In this document: positions 14,801 to 27,995 of the stretch, piece by piece
How positions within the stretch are numbered: position 1 is the stretch's first letter
How the letters are laid out: the number at the start of each line of letters is the position of its first letter
From: Syncephalis fuscata S228
Taxonomy: Eukaryota > Fungi > Zoopagomycota
Direction of reading: 5' to 3'
DNA: 64,000 bases
Assembly: GCA_025786725.1 (NCBI GenBank)
Contig: JAHLTZ010000043.1
Coordinates: forward strand, 1-64,000
Notes under the pieces: generated by a model
Databases searched by the model: none
What the model was told of the DNA's origin: nothing
What the model saw: the letters and a program-made list of their open reading frames with translations, nothing else
Translations under genes and position numbers: made by a program

Positions 14801-15871
14801 ACCAGCCTTGCTCAAACCAGCAATAATATTGTAAGCAATCTCCCATGATGCTTCCCAAGCACGAGTATAGATTGAATGAGAGTGGTGACCATTGGCAAAT
14901 GAATGGAAGCCACGTTTGACTCCTTCAATATTTCTATGCACAGATGTATCCATAGGCGTATCGATCACCATAGACATCCATCGTTGAAGTAAATCGTCTG
15001 TTTGGCTTGATACACGAGTTGAGTCGAGTACATAAGAAAGAATGGCCGCATCAGGTGGACGAATAGTTGCAGTCGATGGATTATGTGCTGCTCTAGTGTA
15101 GATATTGTCGTCATCATCGACGGCTGCCTCAAGTCGACTCATTAGACGGTGCCAGTATTGGTCGCGTAGTTCTTTAACATCACGTACGGCTCCTTTAACA
15201 CCAATGCAATAACTTGGTAAACGAAGACACAACGCAGTTACGTTACTTGCTGACGATTCAGGCTGACCAGTTGATTGGGCACTACGCATACAAATATCTT
15301 GTAAGCGCAGAACATTTAACGAGCTGTCTGCAGTATCGTTCATTGTGGGCGCCATATTAGCATTGGACGACGTGGATTTCCGTCTAATCGCTGTGGCCAA
15401 TTTCTCCTCGGCAATAGAACTCGCTAGCTGTGGTAAAGTGTCCTTTAATTCTTGTACCGCATCTCGTAATGCCGCAGCCGAAAAAGTCCATTGCTCAATA
15501 GAGGCAGATTTGCGCGATCTATGCACGGGCGCCATCATCACAAGTTGGTGCAAGCGTACGCGCAATTCCTCGTGCCCATCCTGTGACTTTGCCGTATTAG
15601 CATCGCTAGGATGACTGGCTGTTTCCTCGGTCCACGGCACAAAGCGATCGCTATCCTTTTCCAACCGCCAAGTACTAGCAACTACCGAACGTTTATCCGA
15701 CATCTGGATGGGTGTTGGTACGTGATGCCATAACGTGTACATAACGCAGGATATAACGACGGTACATAGAACGATGACTTCTACCGGTCGACAAACCGAT
15801 TGGATCGCCGCTTGCCGCAATCCTCTGGCCAGCTGGTGGCCAGCTTGTCGAGTCCAATCAAGTATCATCAT
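11884..15871 (-). CDS. HMG1: HMG-CoA reductase (class I, N-terminal membrane/sterol-sensing domain); three apparent -1 indels near 12388, 12722 and 12783
   Basis: SSD motif [16 protein letters not shown]; catalytic motifs [60 protein letters not shown] and [12 protein letters not shown]. One intron at ~13672-13724. Confidence 0.97.
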
Positions 15872-16094
15872 AATAGAAGCGAATAAAAGGAAACGAATAG
15901 ACGGGAAAGGCCACACACACGCTAGTAAGAGGAATGGCGTTGAAATAGGACTATTATAGCCTATCGTTATTACTGGTCTATATTAAGAAAGGGTATCGGA
16001 AAAAAGAAATGGTTGTATATAGTCAGATATAGATACACAAAGAAACCGCAATATACAAGTTAGGCCTTCGCTTTTATCCACTTACCACCCTGCA

Positions 16095-16119
16095 GTGTGT
16101 GTGTGTGTGTGTGTGTGTG
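16095..16119. repeat. (GT)n microsatellite upstream of HMG1
   Basis: Direct reading. Confidence 0.9.
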
Positions 16120-17123
16120 CACGTTTTATAGAAAGAGTAAGTGAAGTGAAGTGAAGTGAATATTTACACCAAAACACATGTATCGATTGATACAGTGTGA
16201 AGAAACTTTGTGAAACAACAAGAATAATAAAGTGGCAATAATAATAGCCAAAGTGTTGGTTTGATGTAATCAACACAACAGTAATAATGTTAAAAATAAA
16301 GAAGTAGCAGTAGTAACAGCAGAGGTGGTGTAAAAGTACGTGTGCAATTATCAACGCAATTTATATAGAAAATGAAGTCCGATAAGTAAACGGGTACTAT
16401 CTTGGGAATATGTAGAACAAAGACAAAGATAACCGTGTTATCTAACAACAGAAATTGCCTTCGTTCTATTTGGCTGTTGTAGTAATAATGGCAATTACTG
16501 CAACATGCACTGTATCATTTGAATGCCATAAAAGTCAATTAAAAAATAGTCCTTGATAAAACCAATGGGTCATCGCCATCCATAGCAAGAATGTTATTGC
16601 ATAAACATGCCATGTACACGCATGTTTCCTCAACCGCCCACCATTCTACATCTCTTTAGATGTAATGGGGTATTTACAAAAATGGATCAGTCGACAGCTG
16701 ACATGTTTTCACACGAATGGCCTGATGTATTTGTTCATGTATCGCCAAGATAAGAAATCGTCGGAATGGGGATAATGTAGTGTTACGCGATTTCATTGGT
16801 TCATTCTATATCACCTGTCGTCCATTCCAAGTTGAATGTTTATGGCCTAAATAAAGATGTTATTACGTTTAGTGTTGTTGCTACTGCTACTGCTAGTACT
16901 GCTATCGCGATTAGAATTACAGTGATTTGATAATATAATAATAGTATTAATAGTATTAATAGTATTAATAATAATAATAATGTCACTACGTATTGCAATT
17001 AATAAATATGGCAATGTACAGGAGATAACATCTTTATTGCGTCAAATCACGCCTTTGTTTCACAACAGTCTAATGCTGTTGTTATTGTTATTGTTAGAAT
17101 ATAAATGCGCACAGACAGCCATA

Positions 17124-18165
17124 TCACATCTCTTGCATTGCGGCATCCTCTTGGTCGTCGGCATCCTCTTCGCGGAATCGTGAGTTCTAATAGAGTTGTA
17201 AATAGATGTAAATAACATTGGCTATACTAATCTATTATACATTAACTAACTTACCTGTGATGAAGCTTCTGTATGTTCGGCAGGATTGGTCGCGTCGTTT
17301 GCAGCTGGTGCCGTGGCTGATGGTTCCATTGCAGTAGTTGCTGGTGTAGCTAAAACAGATGAATCGTTTATAATTGTATTAGTATTTTAAGACTTTGAAT
17401 TAAATTTAATTATAATCGTATTCTCTTACCATTGCCCGCTTGGGCCGCATTAGCTTGAGCCATGGCTGCTTCTTGGGCTTTAAGTGCCAATAATTGTTGT
17501 TGTTCAATGGCCGCCCTTCTTACTTCCTCCTGTGTCTTTAATTGGCCCCAGCCACCACGACCTGGATCAAATTCTTGACGATACTCATCGCGCACCTAAT
17601 ATATATATATTAATTTACAATAAGTGCTAGGTAAAATGAATGACAACTATTTTCTATAATTACCTGACCACCTGATTTACCACGTCCATACTGTCGGCCT
17701 TCACGAAAGCCCGGATCTAAATCAGTACGAACAACACGCTCATCAAGACGTGTTCCATTAACATACTTCATACAACTGACAGCATCATCGTGCGTGTAGT
17801 ATCTAACAAATTAAACATGATTATTATTACAATTAATACAACTGTCATATTTTCTTTTATCTTCATTACTTACTCGACAAAACAGAATCCACATGGTGTT
17901 TTGCGTATACGGTCAAGACCCATAATAATACGCTTAATCTCGCCGCACTTTGAGAATACTTCATAGATCTGCTCTTCAGTGGTGTAGAAACTAAGATTGC
18001 CTACATACAAAGTGCATGATCGATTTAAGAACGCGATCCACTCCTCTTGGGTTCCCTATAATAAACTAGTCAGCCATCTATGGCTTACGCCTACTTTGTC
18101 TCCTACTTTAAACTGATGATCCTTGTACGAGGAAGGTGTCGCCAAATGAGGACAATAGTGGCCAT
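17124..18165 (-). CDS. CBC2: Nuclear cap-binding protein subunit 2 (CBP20/NCBP2); -1 indel near 18150
   Basis: [88 protein letters not shown], and C-terminal NSRFREED. Confidence 0.96.
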
Positions 18166-18446
18166 GACGGTAAGTCAACTGTGAATTCGTGGAGCAAAGG
18201 AAAGAATTATAAATAGTATGACTAAAGTTAAAACGAGAATGGTCGTTTTTATTTATTTCAATATAGTTGTTTACTAAAACACTTTTTTACCGCTATTCTA
18301 ATATCAATATATAAATCATTTACCATACTCTTTATCAGTAACTATGTACATTTATAAAGTTTATAGTGATATTGATCAAATAGTATAGTATAGAAATAAA
18401 TAGATAACTAGCATTGCTATCTTGTAATAAACGAGCAATATACAAT

Positions 18447-19282
18447 ATGAATTTCTTTAAATATTTACTACAGAACCGAATCTCTATACGTCAAAAAAGA
18501 TATGTCAATACAAAATCATTGAATTCTTTTTATGACTATCGTGTTGTAAAATCGACAAGTGTAAGTCGATCTGATAACATTCCAACACCGACTTGTGTCG
18601 GTATGTATTGTAATAATGCGTTTATACTGGCACAAAATGTAAGCTGTTCAAAGTAATAGCGGAATACAGTTTGTTAAAAGTATATATTTAATATTAAAGA
18701 TTAGCGTTAAGAATAGACAGTCTACTAGATTCACAATTCATGGTTTATGGCCGATGCAAAAGACAGTACATCAACATCAGGTAGAGACTTATCGGCAAAT
18801 ATAACTGTTATTCTTACTGTAACTGTTAACACTAGTTCAAGCTAAGTAATATCACTAAAATAATTTATGAAATAGACCCAGAGCTGCTATACAATATGTA
18901 CTATCATTGGCCATCGTTTAAATATGATTTCAATCATTTCTGGGAGCACGAGTGGTATAAACACGGCTCACATGCCATTCTGCCCAATCCTATTAACAAT
19001 AACGACTCAATAGCGTTTAATAATTACGCTGTTGTAGTCTATTTCCGTACTACACTTAATCTTTACCATTTACTGAATATTAACGCCATCATACGTAGTC
19101 ACAATATATCAGTAATGAGCAAAAATCGCTACAAAGATATTCAAGCAATAGCTCGCATAGTATGGAGAGGCAACGTAATATCATGCCATCGTTCCAGCAT
19201 TGCGTTTGAGATTCGTGTTAAGCTACGTATTTGTAACTGCCGGCAAATCGTTTTTATCGATCCATTACTAAATACATCATAG
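18447..19282 (+). CDS. Divergent ribonuclease T2 family protein without signal peptide
   Basis: Three exons (18447-18638, 18700-18780, 18836-19282) join in frame and give CAS I FTIHGLWP and CAS II FWEHEWYKHG. Confidence 0.8.
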
Positions 19283-19837
19283 TGGCAGATTTAATCATTT
19301 AGCAAATCGTTACACCTTTATGCATTGTTATTATATAGTAATATTAAAGGCTTGTTAAATAGATATAATATATATTATTGGTTAAAACAAAAAAAGGAAT
19401 GATATTTATGCTTAGAGGGGAAAAAAGTGTTTCCAATAAAGCAGCGCCGTTAATCTAGCAACCGCTGCTATATGGAATAAAAACTTCATGCAAACGCCAA
19501 TTGAAACAAAAACGAAATAAAAATAATTGTCAAATGGATCGACAATGGTTGCCGTATCATCATCAAACAAAGCAACAACAACAGCAATAATAATACCAAC
19601 AACAGTATGGCCATAGTCATAACAAAAACAATGGTCTGCAGCTATGGCATAGCATTAGTAAAAACGCTCCATTTGCCATTACAGTTAGCTTTAACAATAG
19701 CTATCCATAAAACAATGCCTTAAAACGGCTGTAATGCAAAGGCTTATCGGTGAAGCTGATCACCAGAGCGTGTAGGATACAGTGTGTGTGTGTGTGTGTG
19801 GATAACAATATAAAATAATAGTCATATAGTGTCAATA

Positions 19838-21743
19838 TTAGACGATAATTATCGGTATGGTATTGCACGATGAAACATGATTAAAGTTCCATTGGTGCAG
19901 TATTGGTATTTGGCATGGCGTAGTTGTTATTCTGCACCTCCCCATAATATTCAGCGTTATAGGTAGTTGGGAAGCATAATTTGATTGATCAGCGACGGCT
20001 TGTAGACGAGAGGCAAGTATTTCTGGTGACAATTCTACAGAATGGCCATAAGCATCGCTATTGCCGGCTGGTGTATAGCCCATGCTACGTAGTCGGTCAA
20101 CAAGTGTTTCAGCACGGTCCTTAGTCTCTCCAAATACACCGGCAACACTCTTAAGCATCAATAGCGATTCGGTAGCTAAAGCAAGTACACGGTTAGCCGA
20201 GTCTACAGGCGTCAGTTGCGACTGAGATCCAGGCAACATCATGGAGGGTGGTGTAGTGGGTGTCAATAAAGGAGATTGGCACGGTGTAGAGACTACACTG
20301 CTCACAGTTGAAAGATCTGAGCTCAAAGACGCCCAACGGCTAGGAAGTCCAAGGATAAAGCTGCGCACAGTGCTTCGTGCCTCGCGTGGCAAACATGCAC
20401 CTGCATACTGTCCAATAACCTCCACTACCTTACGAAGCGTCTCGACTACTTCACGTTTAATAGTTGCCAATGGGCTGGTATCAGGATGTGCAACAGCATT
20501 CGATGGTGTAGCTTCGTTTCTATCGTCATTATTGGCGTTTGAATCCGTTATTGAAGCAATAAATGAACGAAGTAGATAGATTTGGTGCTCAATATGTCTT
20601 ACCGCGTACTATAAGATCAAATAAAACTAACGGTTAGATATACATATATTTGACTTCTACAGCATCTTACCGATAACCATTCAAGACAATACTTCAGACT
20701 ACGCATGCCTTCTTCGCTAAGTGCAGCTGCGCCGGCACCGGCAGCCGTACTAGCCTCTACTAGTAGTTTTTGCCACCGGCTTCGCTGTGGTGTCTTTCGG
20801 TAGCTACAACTGAATTGTTGCCGGTGGATGTCATTGCCATATCATTATCATTCTGTGCGTTGATATCATTATCTATATTAAGCAATTGTGTCAACAATTG
20901 TTATTCATTTCACATAGCTTGTTTCTATAGATATACCTACCATTCTGCGTGCTATTCGCTGTAATCGTCCTTTGTCGAAGACCACTATGGCCAGACTCAT
21001 CCATATAAACATTGGTGGCATGCATATCAACATCACGATTGCCTGTATTATTTCCTTGAAACTAAATACATAGCAATACCGATAATAAGCTAATCGTCAA
21101 GCTGTATATAGTAGCTATATCGCTATTCTTACCTTGTCAAGCTGCCGGCAAGCAAATTCATCTAATTGGCCTAATCTTGGTTCTAGCCGATTTAATACGG
21201 GCTGACTGATAGTTTTCACTGAAGATTCCATCATTTCTGCACCATACTATTAGTGAAAATTGCCATAATATAAATATTAAACCAATAGAGCAAATAGTGC
21301 ATATAAAAAGATAAAGTGCCATATTAGTAACAATACAGTAATACGGTCTCTACTAAATGTCATAAAACACAAATTACGCTTACCTTGACTACACGGGAGT
21401 TGGCCTTACTTTTGTCGTACAAGCGAATCGTCGATTTAACAAGTGGGATGTTTGCCATACGTGAAATAAAATCTTCACCACCTGCTGCTTGTTCATCCAT
21501 CACGGCCGCATTGCCACGACGTAGATTGCCCAATGCTGCGATAGCGGCCATCTCCTCTTCTGTTGCAGGATTATATATCGCTGAAGAAGCAGCCACAATA
21601 GGGGTGTCCAGCTCTGTATCCATACTATCTTCTACAACATCGCCCATAACGTCCTCAGGATGCACCTCTTCAGTACATAGCTCGGTGATGGACATACGAG
21701 AACGATAGGCAAACGCACTTTCACCAGATGCCGAAGTCTCCAT
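19838..21743 (-). CDS. OPI1: Opi1-family transcriptional repressor; -1 indels near 20796 and 19970 (corrected stop probably 19881)
   Basis: FISRMANIPLVKSTIRLYDKSKANSRVVK, DEFACRQLDK, RSRWQKLLVEAS..ALSEEGMRSLKYCLEWL, IKREVVETLRKVVEVIGQYAGACLPREARSTVRSFILGLPSRW, RVLALATESLLML. Confidence 0.88.
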
Positions 21744-24019
21744 GGCTATAAGATCGATTGGTTTTAGATCAAAAGGCGATAGAGTCTCTAATAAAGTAAT
21801 ACAATAAAAGCAGCGTTATTGGTGTTGTTAGTTTACTGGATGAGTTTACACGTAGTATTGTGTGTTTGTGCTTTAAATTGTAGCTATCAGCGAATTCAAG
21901 CAAAATATATGAAATGGAAAACAAGAATCTAATCTACGCCGTGTACATTCAAAAGAAAATAACGATTGATCAGCAAAAGGGGTATTGGTAAGAGTGTAAG
22001 GCGTAAAACAGGCGATAAATAAAGGCTGTGCCTAGTACAAGTACAAACAATGAGCTGAAGATAGCTGGAAAACAATCAAAGCAGAAATAATTACAGACGA
22101 ACGGATATCGATAGCGCAGCAATACGCTTATCTAATAGCTGGTGTGCATGCGCAAAGATAAGCAAGAAACAGCAAGTATCGTGCGTGATTAGTTCAGCAG
22201 CACTAGTAGCAATAGCAGTATATTTAATAAAATGGACAGTTGATGGTCATAGCACCGTTTTTAAACCGGTGGTATTAATAAAAGTTTAATAAAGTGCCAG
22301 ATAGCCATGGATACCTGTATTACACTCGTTATCACATAATGCTACTTACCTCGACCAAAACTACAGTCCTGTTGAAAAGAAAAGTAAGAGTCGACGGTAT
22401 TCTGCAATTAACGTGGTGTTCAACTAATACTGCTAACAGAAATGGTTGCAAAAGTAGGGACGAAGGCACTGGACTAATGTAAAAGTTAAAGAAACGGCGA
22501 CAACAGATAGGAGGAAAGAATGGGAATGTTTGAGCTAGGAGGAAATACCTATTTAGACAGATTGGGGCAGGTCGATCAAGTAAAATTGACGATGTCACTG
22601 GGCAAACCGGAAGTGTTTGAATGAAATGGAACGCCGATGGCGCTGACATGTGATCTCGCGAGAGGTGTTGGCCAATCATGCGTAGAAGTGAGCGACTTCA
22701 TTTTCACGTGGAGATATGAAACAATGATAATAATGTTTACACGGCCTTGTTCGAAGAAGAAGAGGACTGGAGTACTGAAGAATAATGAAGGCCAGGGCAA
22801 GAATGATCGTCATTCAGCGTGTACATGGTTCGGTAATCTAATGTAAAAAGATATATATGTGTGTGTGCGTACCACCGAATACCTTATGACTATATGGCTG
22901 TTCTAGTCGATAGTTGTTGTTGTGATGGTCATGTCGGAGTTTAATCATCCATATGGCCCCAATACCGATGATGGCTGCATTTGTGGCAGTAAGCTAGTAT
23001 AATTTGGTTGTATCTATTTTTTGTAGTAAATTTGATATGTATGATATTGTGAATTTTACTGACGCCTTGCCTGTCATACAGAACCTGCGCTGCGATTTGC
23101 GAGATATTTTTAACATGCATGCATGTGACAGACATCAGCATCATAATATCATCATCGTCATTTATCAACTGATGCCTTATCATTCATGTAACGCTAATAT
23201 CCAAACGATATAGATTTGACGTCTCCTTTGCCCTATCAATCCAGGTCTTTATCTGGCCATTTGCAAGATTCTAAATAATAGAATTTTATTGGCTTATTAA
23301 TAAATAGCAAACATTGTACTACATGTACGATTTCTATCAAATGATGTCTGTGCTACAGTAAAAAGCGATAGATAATTCAATAGCTTGATCAATAAGCTTA
23401 TTTAAAACTATATTTAAACACAGTATAATCGATAGTACGTTAAAAATGGCAATAGTATAATTTATAACAACAACGCAATTTACTTTAATATGAATGCTAA
23501 TTAATAGATATTTTAATATAATCTTACCAAGTCCAAGCGAATGACTTGTGAATGATTATAGTATAACATTAAGCTTGTTTCAAAATATACTATAGTAACA
23601 CTTGATTATTTGTAAATACATTAATGTTATTATAAATCTGCATGCAATACTCTATATTTGATTTTTATTTATCATTTAATATTCTTATACATTATTTGGT
23701 TCATGCATCTGTCGCCATAATTAGCAAACCAACTTAAACTTAAACACTAGTAAATTAATGTCTTAGTGAGTTTAAATAATATGCTTGAATATAAACCAAA
23801 ACAATTCTAATGTAAATGAGAGTTACTTGGATTATGTGTTTTTTATAACGAACATGCTTATTATAACTATTAAATAAACCTTATTTATTTAATTATTCTG
23901 TGTAGTTTAAATTATCAGCGTTAATTTAAAATAAATTTGTAAATACTATACTAATAGTTATTCTTACTAAAACTAAGAGTAATTACATAGTACGTTGATT
24001 TCAGATGATCTTAGGTGAG

Positions 24020-24630
24020 TCATGTTTCATTGCGGAAGCTTTCGTCATCGCCGCGATATAAGCCAACTTTACCGCTCGCCCAAACCAAACACTACGCTTC
24101 TTATCCTCTCTTAATATCAGCTGTTTGTGAGCGCCATTAGATATATAGTAAACTAGACACTACATGAATTTGCAGCATGCATTCCAACATGCCGTATACG
24201 GTGTTAGACTGCACATAGCCAATTGGCCTTCTGAATAGTGAATAAGGTGTTTGCTATGTGTTTGTCTATTGTAATTGCACTGATAGTGTTTGGGTGTACG
24301 GACAACACAAAATCTTTACTTTAAAGTATTCTCCGTATTTAAATTGATTTGGATGTGGTGATAGAATTAGGTGTTGTTTTCTACAGCTTTTGCTAGCTGG
24401 AACCTGCATGAAAGTGCATAGGATTTATACAATACAACGTATACAAACTGCCCCATGATCATGCGGGGAAGAGTAGTGGTGGGTGCAGCTGGTTGAATAG
24501 TCTATGGATGTTATCAGTGTTGTTATATTTGGGGCAGTGTTATTGCAGTCGTGGCTATGCCCAATAGTTGTTCCGAATGCTTATTAGTGTGATTACTTAG
24601 CAAACATTATTGCGGCGGTTAATTTGCATG
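24020..24630 (+). ncRNA. Candidate structured noncoding RNA (family unassigned)
   Basis: GC-elevated island without a long ORF inside very AT-rich intergenic DNA. It has many nested complementary segments with G-U pairs on the + strand and a GAAA tetraloop hairpin (24405-24418). Folded by eye only. Confidence 0.45.
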
Positions 24631-26029
24631 CTAGTTTACTTATTTCGTCTTTAGTTGATATAGATCCAAAAAATGTTAGATTCAGCAAGAACAAAACCAC
24701 AATGTGTCATCAGCCACTCTATTTGTATCACCATATCAGTATTAATTACATAAAGGTGGTTTTTTCTCGCAAACATTAGCATAATAAATTAGTTGAATTC
24801 TATACAACTACAATACGCTATGCATTTAATATTGATATTAATAATTTGTTTATTTATTGTATTATTTATTAACACTTAATATGATTTAAGGATCGAATGA
24901 CTAAATCTGATAACATTCGCGTAATTGAATTGCAATTTTTTTCTATTAAATGTGATGCTGAGTGGCGAGTGATATTAAAGTTTAAAATACTCATTGTTGT
25001 AAATTTATTATTCAAAATGCATATATCTTATATTCACCTATATTGTTATATTGAATACTATTATCTCTAAAAGCTGTTTGTTTATTGCCGACTGTTTTGC
25101 TATAAATGTTAAATCATTTCGATCATTTCACTCATTCAATCGTATACACATAGATTCGCCATTACTATTTACTTAATTTCTTTTGGCTATCCGTTTTGTT
25201 CTATATTATTTTATGCTTTATTAACCAAGCCTTGTTAATAAAAATTATTTTTTATTACTAGTTATATTATATGTATATTTTGATTTGCTCACTCAAATAT
25301 ACAAATAAATCATACTTTTATCGATAATAATATACGCTTTTTTAAATTTACATTATTTTTATTTTAATAAAAGCATAAAGAGAAAGCCTTATAGGCAATA
25401 TTTGTTGCTATTTATTTACCATTAGTTAACAGTACTTTTAATACATCAGGCCAAAAGTTATGAATACCGCTAGCATGTTTACTCATTTAGTTAATACATG
25501 TACAATATACAATAAATGGCAATTGCCAAAATGGCTATAACAGTTTTATCCTATTCTGTGAGCTGGATAAATTTTTTTTTAAAATATACTATAGAAACAC
25601 GCGAGACTACTTTGCATTATATCGTTTATGTTTACAGAATACATACCAGATTAAATAAACTGTAACAAGATTTGCTTGAGAATTTAAAGAAATAATGCAT
25701 ATTTAAAATGTAAAACAATAAATATATAACAGAGAAGAGTAAAGAAGGCAATCGATGGAGAGTTAATAGTGCATATAGTCACCACATTTGTCGTGCCGGC
25801 AGCTGTGCATATACAATGGTGGCAATATTAAAAACATTGCCAGTATGGCCGCTGAACAAGTCTTCAAAACCAATACAGCAGTGTGATATGCAATAATCCA
25901 TAGCATAAATAAAGCATACAACGAGATTTTGCAACATATGCTTAAAATAACATAAAACAAGCCAGAAATGTACCTACCGTGTCAATAAAGCTGCCAATGC
26001 CAATGATTGGAGTAATGAAGGTAATTACA

Positions 26030-26450
26030 AATAGCAATGCAAGGACATAGTGTAAATAGTGTTTGTACTTGAATAATAGTCAGTCAACTACTAACACTAT
26101 CTAGTTAGCATATATGGAGTGTACAAGTATATGCAATGGATATATGCTGTCAAGTGTAAAGAAAGAGAAAGGAAATGTGATGACGTAGATTGTGAGATGT
26201 GAGCCTGTCAGTCAATATTTATAAACAGCCGAGTTTAATTCATTAATAAATGGAGTGTAAATAATAAAAGTTAATCTACCCAACATGTTGGTACATCATA
26301 GAACAGATTAATAGTAAATGAATAAATGCATTAAAAATAAAATATTTACACCCAAAAACACTCATTATCATAGAACATATATTTAGTATATTAGAAAATT
26401 AATTAATATAATAAAAAGTCATTTACACCCAGAAAACACTCATTATTATA
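26030..26450. repeat. Diverged direct-repeat copy of 39895-40200 (intergenic)
   Basis: Shared strings such as gtgtacaagtatatgcaatggatatatgctgtcaagtgt / gtgtaaaagtatatgcaataaatatatgctatcaagtgt, gatgacgtagattg, actcattatcatagaacatat / actcattgtcgtagaacatat and aaaagtcattt. Confidence 0.8.
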
Positions 26451-26723
26451 GGGCAATCAAAAGAAACAATAAATGTATTAAAGAATAAAGGTTAATCCAT
26501 CTTAAAGACAAGTGTAATTATAAACTATCATTAATAAACTAATGAATGTAGAAACAAAGAGTGCATGCCGTACATGAACATAAAAACTGCAGTATGGTAT
26601 GGAATTGTAATGTAAAAGTATGCATGTTATTATTAGATTCATTTCATATAGTAGCAATAAATACTAAACAATTGCCCCTCTACTGTAAATATCAATTTAC
26701 TTCTTTCTCATCATTCCTTCAAC

Positions 26724-27827
26724 ATGTTCACCACCACTACTAACACCACCAGTTTTGTATTTAAGCTATTGCTCGTGTCTGGAGTAGCTATTTCACTACT
26801 CACACCTTCCTCTGTACTAAGTTACCGCGTTGAAACTGCTTATTCTAATAAGTCAACATGGCATGCCAAACACGCCATCTCCCCGCAAAGCGAAGCATTG
26901 CTTCTGGCCAAGTTGAGCCGACAGAGTAGTCTTGGTACCTGTCCCAATGAACTGTCTTGCGGTATAAAGAAAATTGACCGTTGCTGTTCTCCAGTTATGG
27001 GCCAGCTAGTGTTTGTTCAGCAGGTAAGACGTCGGTATAGTATTTATTAAACATGGTACTATAACAACTACATCTATTGCTTCATTTGTAGTGGTATCCT
27101 ACGCTAGGTCCTCCAACAGATTTCACTATGCATGGCCTGTGGCCAAACAACTGGTTAGTAGCGTATTTATTGGATAGAAATTAATAGACAACTAACACTG
27201 CTGTATTAGTGATGGCGGTCATGGTCCATGGAATGGATGTGATACTAAACGTAACTATCCAAACCTTGGCCAGATTATTCAAAGTGCCGATCCGGCATTA
27301 TATGGAAATATGACGACCTATTGGCCGTCATACAAAGGAAATGCACCAAGTTTCTGGCAAGTTGAACAATTAACATGCAACAACAATGCATTTATATATT
27401 AATTAATAAATGAATGAATAGGTCGCATGAATGGAACAAGCATGGCACATGTGTATCAACACTTGAGCCAGAATGTACGAGTCCCGCTGCGCCGCCGCAT
27501 CATGACGTCCTTGAATATTTCCACACTGCTTTATCGCTACGACTTAAATTCAACCCATATACGGCGCTGGCCAGTGCTGGAATCGTGCCTGGCAAGTTAT
27601 ATGACAATGCAGCGTTTAAAAAAGCGCTAGAGGATGCTTGGGGAGTATCTGTCGTCCTTAAGTGCCGTCGTGGCCAGATTTCAGAAGTATGGATGTGGAT
27701 GAAGGTACGAGGTCGCGAGCAGTATGTTCCAACCAATTCTACTATGCCCAACAGCGGCACATGCAATTCCCGCATCTACTATCCGCCAAAAGGCAAGAAG
27801 ATTCAAGAACTTAATGCACAGTACTAA
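26724..27827 (+). CDS. Secreted ribonuclease T2 (copy A), 4 exons
   Basis: Hydrophobic signal peptide; CPNELSC..CCSP; CAS I FTMHGLWPNNC; CAS II FWSHEWNKHGTC. The third intron (27357-27421) is GC-AG. Confidence 0.93.
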
Positions 27828-27995
27828 CAAAGCTGCGGCATGCTATCCACATTTGCTCAATAAATTGTCGATTGTTTCTGCTTTAAATGATAGCTTTATT
27901 AATGAATATTTAACCAGTTTTATCATGTTACAGCAGATAAACAACATTGTTTTACTATAAAGTTATATTATTAGATAATAGTAATAAACTATTTT

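Noticed and set aside
17124-18165. U12-type (minor) intron in CBP20, which carries one in some eukaryotes
   Set aside because: All donors read GTAG/GTAA; no RTATCCTT 5' site was seen.
24440-24540. RNase MRP/P assignment for the structured island
   Set aside because: The CCCC/GGGG pairing resembles P4, but the conserved GAAAGUCCCC / GGGGCUYA or GGAAnnUCnG contexts are not matched.
25763-26080. Small hydrophobic ORF and its counterpart near 39400-39920
   Set aside because: No consistent start or frame between the two copies; at best a decayed remnant.
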